From Candidatus Cloacimonadales bacterium (GTDB lineage Bacteria; Cloacimonadota; Cloacimonadia; Cloacimonadales; DAONDQ01): 64,000 nucleotides of DNA. The first letter of the stretch is position 1. Every line of letters begins with the position of its first letter. Both the position numbers and the translations under genes were made by a program. Under the pieces are notes generated by a model. It had not been told where the DNA came from, did no database searches, and worked only from the letters and a program-made list of their open reading frames with translations. The stretch is from positions 2,848,001 through 2,912,000 of the forward strand of contig OY759316.1 in NCBI GenBank assembly GCA_963662275.1, given 5' to 3'. Shown one piece after another: positions 31,631 to 39,167 of this stretch.

Positions 31631-32803
31631 CTATTTAATCAATGTAATTTTCCTGCTCATGCTGACATCTTTGCCCTTCAGGTTACAGATATATACACCG
31701 TTGGGAACTTCAGAACCAGTATCCGTCCTGCCGTCCCAGGCAACTTGATGAACTTCCTCACTTACTTGATTAACTTCCAAACTGCGTATCTTCTGTCCCT
31801 TCAGATTATATATAGACAAAGATATGTTTGAATCATGAGGCACTTTATAACTAATGGTAGAACTGTTGTTAAAAGGATTGGGATATGTCCTGAGGCTCAT
31901 ATCTTGAGAAACTGCCACCTGGTCATTTATCGGAACTGCTGTCCAGACGAGTGTTCCATTTATCCATACCTGGTTACCATCTGTATCCAGTACTATATCA
32001 TCATTATCAGTTATATCATTTGAGCCATTTCCTGCCCATGTGTTCCAATCATCTGCTGTAGAAAAAATCTGTGAGCCTATTTCAGTCAGCATATCCGTTA
32101 CTGTATAACTTGGATGTCCATAACTGTTATTACCGGATAAGATGACTGATATGGCAGGTGTTGCTTCAGCCAGGAAAGCAGTTGTTGTACCCGTGGTTGA
32201 GCCATGATGACTCACTTTGAGAACATCGATATTCATATCATAGGTGTTGAGAATACGCGTAATCGTTGAAGATTCCATGTCCCCTGTAAAGAGGAAGCTG
32301 ATATTTCCGAAAATCATCTTCAATACAATTGAATTATTGTTTGTACTACCTGTAGCACTCGGTAAAGGATTGAGTATTTGCGTATCCACTGCCCAATTAA
32401 GTGTTGAATCTGTATTCACTACCTGTACAGGAATGTGCAATGTATCGATCAGTGTCATCAAATCCAAACCTGCCTGGCTTGTGAAATCATCACTATTTTT
32501 GATGAACTTGTCTATCGTGACATAATTAGACAGTATCAGGTCTTCAAATTCACCTGTATGATCTATATCAGGATGAGACATCATACAAGCATTCAAATGA
32601 GTGATATGATGGATAAACAGATAGACTTGAAGTTTATCGCTGGACTGGCTTTTGCCTGAATCGATGAGGTAATTGGAACTATCTCTTTGAATGAGGATTG
32701 CATCTCCCTGGAGCACATCAATGAAAGTAACTTTCATCATCTCAGCAGAAAGAGAACTTAAAAACAGGACAAAGATCAGAATTAGCGTTCGTTTATTAAT
32801 CAT
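31631..32803 (-). CDS. Secreted ComEC/Rec2-type metallo-beta-lactamase-fold hydrolase with C-terminal sorting domain
   Basis: FIDV.QGDA, SHPDIDH, NNNSIV, LFTGD, LKVSHHGS, N.YGHP; YPNPFN C-terminus. Confidence 0.88.
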   Translation of the reverse strand: MINKRTLILIFVLFLSSLSAEMMKVTFIDVLQGDAILIQRDSSNYLIDSGKSQSSDKLQVYLFIHHITHLNACMMSHPDIDHTGEFEDLILSNYVTIDKFIKNSDDFTSQAGLDLMTLIDTLHIPVQVVNTDSTLNWAVDTQILNPLPSATGSTNNNSIVLKMIFGNISFLFTGDMESSTITRILNTYDMNIDVLKVSHHGSTTGTTTAFLAEATPAISVILSGNNSYGHPSYTVTDMLTEIGSQIFSTADDWNTWAGNGSNDITDNDDIVLDTDGNQVWINGTLVWTAVPINDQVAVSQDMSLRTYPNPFNNSSTISYKVPHDSNISLSIYNLKGQKIRSLEVNQVSEEVHQVAWDGRTDTGSEVPNGVYICNLKGKDVSMSRKITLIK

Positions 32804-33160
32804 GGAAGTTTCCTTTATCAAATATCTCCATCATAAAATAGGGATTGTTTTTGTGAAGAGAAAGTTTTGATGAATATTAGAATAGCACGAAAGGAGCCCT
32901 TTTTCGGAACTGTAATGACAAGTTTGTAGCACTACCTTCAGACGGTTTATTTATACACCAATCTTTCCTGAGGTTCACACCTTAGGCTGAGATTTCACAT
33001 CTTCGATGTTAAAGACAATTCCACCCATCCTCAATCTTTAATTCTGCTCTCCTGAACATTTCGATACAATTTCATTCAAGCTTAACTCATCCCCAGCCCT
33101 TCTTTTGTTCCATATGAGGGTAGCAAAGTATGTAACCATTTTTACAGAATTCTGAAGAGC

Positions 33161-33209
33161 ATCAAACTCTCCGACCTAAAGGTCACCTCCCTTCATCTGA
33201 AGGGAGGAA
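33161..33209 (+). repeat. REP-like palindromic repeat, copy 1
   Basis: atcaaactctccgac...cacctcccttcatctgaagggaggaa; second copy at 41607-41657. Confidence 0.8.
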
Positions 33210-33235
33210 TGGGTCTGCAGATGAGGCTATAAGCT

Positions 33236-33265
33236 TCTGCAATTTTTAACTTTTAATTTTTAATT
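33236..33265 (-). repeat. AT-rich 7-mer array after TCTGC, abutting the ettA stop codon
   Basis: tctgcaa tttttaa cttttaa tttttaa tt. Confidence 0.65.
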
Positions 33266-34943
33266 ATATGCGGTTGATTTTCCTATATGTAATCCGTTTT
33301 GGTATCAGGGCTTTCTCACCCAGTCGCATTAGCTTGTTTTCCTCATAATCACTGAAGTTACCTTCATACCATTTGACAGTACTATCGCCTTCGAAAGCAA
33401 GGATATGGGAGCAAACTCTATCCAGGAAATAGCGGTCATGGCTGATTACCACAGCACACCCTGCGAATTCCAGCAATGCTTCTTCTAAAGCATGGATTGT
33501 ATAAACATCCAGGTCATTAGTGGGTTCGTCCAACAGCAGGACATTGCCTCCAGTCTGCAAGGTCAGAGCCAGGTATGCACGATTCTTTTCTCCACCGCTA
33601 AGGACATTGACCGGCTTGATATGTTCACGTGAAGTAAAGTTGAATTTGCTGAGATACTCACGAACATTGATTTCCCTATCTCCCAGCTTCATTATGTCTC
33701 TTCCTTCACCGATCAGGTCAAGCAATGATTTTGTTTCATCCATCAACCTGGACTGATCCACATAGGAGAACTTCACCGTCTCACCGATAGTGAAAGACCC
33801 GCTATCCGGCTGTATTCTTCCCAGGATCATGTTGAAGAGAGTTGTTTTGCCAGCACCATTAGCTCCGATGACTCCGATGATACCACCGGCAGGTAGGTTG
33901 AATTCCAGGTTTTCATAGAGCAGCTTATCACCAAAGGCTTTGGAGATACCGTTTGCTTTGATGACATTATGACCCAGGTGCGGTCCCTTAGGGATGATCA
34001 TCTGGTCAGTGGTGTTTTCCCGTTTATATTCTGCAGAAGCCATCTTTTCATAGTTCACGATCCTGGCTTTGCTCTTTGCCTGGCGTGCTTTAGGACTACT
34101 GCGAATCCATTCCAATTCCTCTGCCAGGGCTTTCTGGCGTTTGCTTTCGCCTTTGGTCTCAATCGCAAGCCTGGCTTGTTTCTGTTCCAGCCAGGAGGAA
34201 TAGTTACCCTGGTAAGGTATGCCCTCTCCCCTGTCCAATTCCAATATCCAGCCAGCCACGTTATCGAGGAAATACCTGTCATGGGTAATGGCAATGACTG
34301 TGCCTTTGTAATTGAGAAGATAGTGCTCCAGCCACAGGATCATCTCAGCATCCAAGTGGTTGGTGGGTTCATCTAATAGCAATATATCCGGCTCCTGCAG
34401 CAGGAGACGACACAGGGATACCCGACGCCTTTCACCACCGGAGATCACACTGACATCCATATTGGGCGGAGGACAACGCAAAGCTTCCATCGCCTGTTCC
34501 AAGCGGCTGTCCAAATCCCAGGCATTGGTGGCATCCAACTTATCCTGCACCTTGCCCTGCTCCTCCAGGAGGTTATTCATCTCATCGTCACTCATGGGTT
34601 CGCTGAATTGATTATTTATCTCTTCATACCTGGCAAGTAATGCAACTACATCCGCTACAGCCTCACTGACTGTTTCCAGCACTGTCTTACCGGGTGTAAG
34701 CTGAGGATCTTGTTCCAAATAACCGATTGTGTAACCTTTAGACATCGACACCTCACCGAGGTAGTCCTTATCAATACCTGCCATGATCTTAAGCAGGGAG
34801 CTTTTACCTGAACCATTCAGACCCACTACTCCTATCTTTGCCCCATAATAATAACCAAGATAGATATCCTTAAGAATCTGTTTATTACCATCCACTACTT
34901 TACCGATGCCGTTCATCGAATAGATTACTTTATTCTCTTCCAT
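33264..34943 (-). CDS. ettA: Energy-dependent translational throttle protein EttA (ABC-F)
   Basis: GAKIGVVGLNGSGKS, SGGERRRV, linker ELEWIRSSPKARQAKSKAR, two ABC domains, 559 aa. Confidence 0.95.
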   Translation of the reverse strand: MEENKVIYSMNGIGKVVDGNKQILKDIYLGYYYGAKIGVVGLNGSGKSSLLKIMAGIDKDYLGEVSMSKGYTIGYLEQDPQLTPGKTVLETVSEAVADVVALLARYEEINNQFSEPMSDDEMNNLLEEQGKVQDKLDATNAWDLDSRLEQAMEALRCPPPNMDVSVISGGERRRVSLCRLLLQEPDILLLDEPTNHLDAEMILWLEHYLLNYKGTVIAITHDRYFLDNVAGWILELDRGEGIPYQGNYSSWLEQKQARLAIETKGESKRQKALAEELEWIRSSPKARQAKSKARIVNYEKMASAEYKRENTTDQMIIPKGPHLGHNVIKANGISKAFGDKLLYENLEFNLPAGGIIGVIGANGAGKTTLFNMILGRIQPDSGSFTIGETVKFSYVDQSRLMDETKSLLDLIGEGRDIMKLGDREINVREYLSKFNFTSREHIKPVNVLSGGEKNRAYLALTLQTGGNVLLLDEPTNDLDVYTIHALEEALLEFAGCAVVISHDRYFLDRVCSHILAFEGDSTVKWYEGNFSDYEENKLMRLGEKALIPKRITYRKINRI

Positions 34944-35020
34944 GCGTTCCTCTGTATCTTATTGTAGATTAAATTGGAGCATTTTTGGATATGGGTTTGG
35001 TGTCAAGATGCAAACAAGTG

Positions 35021-35153
35021 GCTCCGCATTTACGCTGTTGGGTGCTGCTGACTTCAGCCGGTTTGGAACGCTGTTTTCTATTGGAACGTTGTTTTCAAAT
35101 GGCTATGCATCTGAAACTTCGAACTTCGTACTTCGTATATCGCACTTCGAAAT
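35021..35153 (-). repeat. Left part of the dispersed repeat split by IS110; the remainder is at 36895-36917
   Basis: ttggaacgttgttttcaaatggctatgcatctgaaacttcgaacttcgtacttcgtatatcgcacttcgaaat matches the reverse complement of 15444-15516. Confidence 0.85.
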
Positions 35154-35238
35154 AGCTTACTATAGGAAGGTTAGAAAATTAAGGTAGAAAAACCTCCCTC
35201 GTTGATATACATAGATCAAATCAACAAAGGAGGTAACA

Positions 35239-36516
35239 ATGATTACCACATCAAAATCTAACCCAAAGAGGTTTTTTGTCAACTCAGAAATGATGCTTGT
35301 TGGCATTGATATCAGCAAGCACAAACACAGTGTGTATTTTTGTGATTTTACAGGTGAACGGAAGCGTAAGCCATTTTTTATTACAAACAATCATGATGGT
35401 TTTCAGTATCTGCTAAAAGAAGCAGAACAGCAAAAGCGTTTGTGGAATCTGAACGAGATTGTATTTGGAATGGAACCAACAGGTTCATATGTAAAGCCAC
35501 TCCAGTACTTCTTGGAAGAACGCTGCTATCAAATCCAAAGCATCAACCCATTACACACTAAAAGATGGAAGGATATTGAAGATAATCATCCATCCAAGAA
35601 TGATTTGAAAGACAGTATTATCATTACCTCTCTGTTAAGAATGGGCAAGAGCATCCATCATCGGAGACCTGAAGGTGTTTTCGCGGAGTTGAACAACTAT
35701 GCAGCTTATTATCACCAGTTAATCACAGATATTCGCAGGCAGAGGAACTATCTGGAAGCCTCTTATGCCTGTTACTTTCCTGAATTGAGTAACTTTTTCA
35801 AATTTAACAGTACGGGAGTAATGTATATCATGGAGTGTTTTCCTCTTCCTCAGGATATCGTAAATGCAGGATATGAGAATTTTCTGAAGATTATGAAAAC
35901 AAAAAGCAAAGGGTGCATAGCTACAGAGAAGCTTCACAGTTTATATCAGGTATCTCTAACAAGTATTGGCATGAGTCAGGGAGCGGATAGTGCGAGAGTG
36001 GTCATAAATGCGATCTATGAGGATATCAGCTATAAACAATACCATCTCAAACAAATCAAAACAGCAATCATGACATGTGTAGATAAAATCAGTTATGGAT
36101 CGTTATTGGTGACAATACCTGGTTTGAGTAAAGTATCAGTGGGGTTAATTCTGGCGGAGACTGGAGATATCAATCAATATGGTCGATATCAGGATTTAGT
36201 CAAACTTGCCGGATTGAGTTTAAAACACAATCAATCAGGAGAATACCATGGGCAATATCATATCTCTAAGGTAGGAAGAGTAAGGTTGCGAAGGATCTTG
36301 TATATGCTTACTCTGGAAATGATTATAAACAATCAATTAATCAATCAGATATATAATTATCAAGTAAAAAAGCGAGGTAATAACAAGGTCAAAACTATCG
36401 TTTCTTTGAGCAGTAAATTACTGGGAATCATGTACTCAATGGTTAAATATGAAAGGTCGTTTGATCCTGAACAGCGAAAGCTATATGCAGGTTATTTAAC
36501 TGAAAATAATCAGTGA
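35239..36516 (+). CDS. IS110-family transposase/recombinase
   Basis: DEDD residues in VGIDISK, GMEPTG and KNDLKDS; C-terminal TIPG..., LAGL....QSG....HISKVG..RLR; AAGGAGG Shine-Dalgarno. Confidence 0.95.
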   Translation: MITTSKSNPKRFFVNSEMMLVGIDISKHKHSVYFCDFTGERKRKPFFITNNHDGFQYLLKEAEQQKRLWNLNEIVFGMEPTGSYVKPLQYFLEERCYQIQSINPLHTKRWKDIEDNHPSKNDLKDSIIITSLLRMGKSIHHRRPEGVFAELNNYAAYYHQLITDIRRQRNYLEASYACYFPELSNFFKFNSTGVMYIMECFPLPQDIVNAGYENFLKIMKTKSKGCIATEKLHSLYQVSLTSIGMSQGADSARVVINAIYEDISYKQYHLKQIKTAIMTCVDKISYGSLLVTIPGLSKVSVGLILAETGDINQYGRYQDLVKLAGLSLKHNQSGEYHGQYHISKVGRVRLRRILYMLTLEMIINNQLINQIYNYQVKKRGNNKVKTIVSLSSKLLGIMYSMVKYERSFDPEQRKLYAGYLTENNQ

Positions 36517-36559
36517 GCCAAGAAAAAAAAGTAGTCAAAAAATAATGGAGGTGTTTAGA

Positions 36560-36732
36560 TTGGTTCACTCGCCGGATGATGTAGTCATTAGGCACTAAGG
36601 CTTGTTTACAAGACCTTCTACCATAGCTCATTATAGCACACCGGCGGGTATTATCTCAGATAGGATAAAGTAAGAATAGGATACCATCAGAAGGTAATCC
36701 AGTATATCAGCAAGATCGGGATGTAGAACCAA
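36560..36732 (+). ncRNA. Predicted bridge/seek RNA of the IS110 element
   Basis: Manual fold: basal stem TTGGTTC/GAACCAA closes two stem-internal loop-hairpin arms; loops contain CATTAGGC, ATAGC, AGTAAG and TATATCAGC matching the target and donor junctions. Confidence 0.75.
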
Positions 36733-36791
36733 GAGAGCTTTGATAAGTAATATTCGATTTAATCATAGAATTCAGATCGAAAATCAGCGTC

Positions 36792-36846
36792 TCTGGAACC
36801 CTGCAATGACGCTTCGGTACCCTACGCGTCATTGCAGGGTTCCAGA
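36792..36846. repeat. Perfect 21-bp inverted repeat inside the IS110 right end
   Basis: TCTGGAACCCTGCAATGACGC - 13 nt loop - GCGTCATTGCAGGGTTCCAGA. Confidence 0.9.
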
Positions 36847-37006
36847 AAGCCAAGTACTATGAATATATTATAATATATAACTATCTAACTATATCAGCCT
36901 AATAAATAAAGCGTTCCGGCCTTTGAAAAGAGTGATCCAAGTCCCTAATCTGTTAAAATAGCTCTTCTCTGCAATCCCTAAAGTCTACTAGCTATACTCT
37001 ATAAGC

Positions 37007-37044
37007 TTCTGCCATGCCAATTCGTAATTCGTAATTCTTAATTT
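37007..37044 (-). repeat. 7-mer (TTCGTAA-type) array after TCTGCCA
   Basis: tctgccatgccaa ttcgtaa ttcgtaa ttcttaa tt. Confidence 0.65.
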
Positions 37045-37232
37045 ATCCCCCCATGACACATAATTTCCTCAGCAGTTTGAACTTATCTCCATCCAATTTA
37101 CCAGTACACCACGCTTTTTTTAGCAAAAGAGCACAATAGATAACCTCTTAAACCCTCTCATAATCCTCTTAATTAATACCAGGTTATATCCAAGTTTAAT
37201 CTCAGTCTAATCCTATCTCATACCAATTTCTC

Positions 37233-37298
37233 GAAACAGGAATGAAACAGGTATGAAACAGGTATGAAACAGGATTGAAACAGGTATGAAATAGGATT
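37233..37298 (+). repeat. 6 x 11-mer tandem array
   Basis: gaaacaggaat gaaacaggtat gaaacaggtat gaaacaggatt gaaacaggtat gaaataggatt. Confidence 0.9.
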
Positions 37299-37477
37299 GA
37301 ACTTGGTACAATACATGTGGACTGAACGCTGTTTCCAAACGGCTATACAATATTTACACTTGACTTTGGGCAATTGTTGGAACATTATTTTCAAACGGTT
37401 ATGCTGGTTTCACTGGCTAGTACTTCAAATACCAGCATTATCCTGTTATTTTTAAAATATTATAGAAGCATCTATAT

Positions 37478-37510
37478 AAAAGGAAGCCAGGTTATAAAAC
37501 CTGGCTTCCT
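37478..37510 (-). terminator. Intrinsic terminator of 37534..38553
   Basis: 13-bp stem AGGAAGCCAGGTT/AACCTGGCTTCCT with a T tract on the minus strand. Confidence 0.85.
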
Positions 37511-37533
37511 ATGATAAAAAAGTTGCTTTGATA

Positions 37534-38553
37534 CTACTTTACAATCATCATTTTCTTTGTTATTGTTGTGCTGGGTGAATCAAATCGATAGAAATAGATA
37601 CCGCTTCCACATGTCGAACCTTGTTCATCTCGTCCATCCCAGGTTATTGTGTATGAGCCTTCTGTGCGAGTGAATGTCTTCACTTTCTGTCCAAGAATAT
37701 TATAAACAGAAAGAGTAGCATTTTCCCCTGTCTTTACATCTATTTCAACTTTTGTTGATGCATTTGCATGGAAAGGATTGGGATAAGCACTTTTCATGTT
37801 CGTTGTACTGGGGATTACTGGTAAATCACTTCCGGTATTCACTGAAACAACATTACTGAAGCTGCTGGAACCATCAAAGTTCACAATCTCCAGCCAATAA
37901 TAATAACTGGTGATTCCAGTATCAATTTCGTGATCTTCGAAATGATAACTATGTGAAGAAGAAGTGTTTGTACCTGCGATGAGATCAATATTAAGCTTTC
38001 TCGCAGTGAGAATATTACTCTCGTTGGAACGGTAGATATTGAAACCAAGATTACTAGTTTCTGATTGGGTAATCCATTGCAAATCAACTAGCGTCTCAGC
38101 AGCTAAAACTGCATTAAAGCTGCTAAGTTCCACCGGCAGAGTGGGCATATAAGGATTATGCAAAGATGAGCTTGCATTCCATTGCCAACTTAAATTATTT
38201 GCCGCTACATAGGCGATGTAGTCTTTAGCTGGATCAAGCACCAATGGATGATCAAACTTGTAAACTCCCGGGGATTCAATCCAGTTTCCCAGAGGACCAT
38301 CGTAACCCGGCAGAAGACCACTGTTCCAGGGCGGTTCTTCACTGCCTGTGAATGGGGGATTATAAATCCTGTCTGTTGAAGCTAAACAAATGTAATAAAG
38401 ATCAACATATAAGGATGGTTCTGCTGACCATCTTACGGTTCCGGTGGTTGGTGTAGTACGTTCGAAAGTTACCCAATCCGGTCCACTCGGAATTTGAGCC
38501 AGACATAAACTAGCGACAAGCAATAAGCCAAGAACCAGTAATGTTCTTTTCAT
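37534..38553 (-). CDS. Secreted protein with an LPVELSSF Ig-like domain and C-terminal sorting domain
   Basis: Signal peptide; TLPVELSSF...W.TQSET.N.GFNIYRS; AYPNPF...KKMMIVK. Confidence 0.88.
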   Translation of the reverse strand: MKRTLLVLGLLLVASLCLAQIPSGPDWVTFERTTPTTGTVRWSAEPSLYVDLYYICLASTDRIYNPPFTGSEEPPWNSGLLPGYDGPLGNWIESPGVYKFDHPLVLDPAKDYIAYVAANNLSWQWNASSSLHNPYMPTLPVELSSFNAVLAAETLVDLQWITQSETSNLGFNIYRSNESNILTARKLNIDLIAGTNTSSSHSYHFEDHEIDTGITSYYYWLEIVNFDGSSSFSNVVSVNTGSDLPVIPSTTNMKSAYPNPFHANASTKVEIDVKTGENATLSVYNILGQKVKTFTRTEGSYTITWDGRDEQGSTCGSGIYFYRFDSPSTTITKKMMIVK

Positions 38554-38610
38554 TTTGTTACCTCTCTTTTAGTTAATACTCATGTGGTATTTCATCGAAT
38601 CAATAATAAG

Positions 38611-38625
38611 GCAATGCCTGTTCCA
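38611..38625 (-). promoter_or_regulatory. Sigma54 -24/-12 promoter
   Basis: Minus strand TGGAACAGGCATTGC (GG-N10-GC), about 60 nt upstream of ATG 38553 and near a GAFTGA activator gene. Confidence 0.75.
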
Positions 38626-38731
38626 AAACTATCATCGTATAAGTAAAATATGTATCTATTCATATATCAATAACATACATAAGCGATAGATAGAAATGTT
38701 GGAGTACATTTCATTAAAACAAAGCGTGAAA

Positions 38732-38750
38732 TTGCAAAATTGCAATGCAA
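38732..38750. promoter_or_regulatory. Candidate upstream activator site TTGCA-N9-TGCAA; second copy at 39136-39154
   Basis: Palindrome about 110 bp upstream of the -24 box, with the same arms and spacing at both sites. Confidence 0.5.
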
Positions 38751-38781
38751 TAATGAAATCGACATTGTCGTAGAATTACTC

Positions 38782-39099
38782 CTAATGATTTTTAAGATAC
38801 CTTTTATGCATAGCCTGGATTCGGATAGTAACATCATAATAATTGAAGGGATTGTAGTCTATCACTACATTTTCAATTCTGCCATCGGGATATGTGACAA
38901 TGAATCCCTGATACCCAGTACCGTCAGGAGGATAGGTAACAGTTTCGAATATTTCACTCACTTGAAGAGCAGATTCAAGACGTTGTTTTCTCATAACAGG
39001 ATTTATAAGCAAAGATAAAGCCAAAAAAGGATATTATGGGATTGTAATCTAAGTTGCTGTGACAGTATTCATTATGACAAAGACGGAGAAAATCTTCAT
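38782..39099 (-). pseudogene. Possible degraded small gene, or a 16-aa peptide ORF followed by an 80-aa ORF
   Basis: AAGGAG plus ATG 39099 is in frame with ORF 38782..39024 but interrupted by TAG (39049-51) and TAA (39034-36). Confidence 0.4.
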
Positions 39100-39167
39100 C
39101 TTAAATATACTCCTTTTACCAATGCAATTGCACACTTGCATTCCGAAAATGCAATTATATGTGCTTC

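Larger units (their letters stand above)
35154..36898 (+). mobile_element. IS110-family insertion sequence with a short left end and a long right end
   Basis: Flanks rejoin to the repeat seen intact at 15421-15516; AGC at both junctions (35154-56, 36896-98); alternative register with AT at 35152-53 and 36893-94. Confidence 0.9.

Noticed and set aside
37233..37298. CRISPR array (also considered for 14993-15220)
   Set aside because: Units are contiguous 7- or 11-mers without unique spacers, and no cas genes are present.
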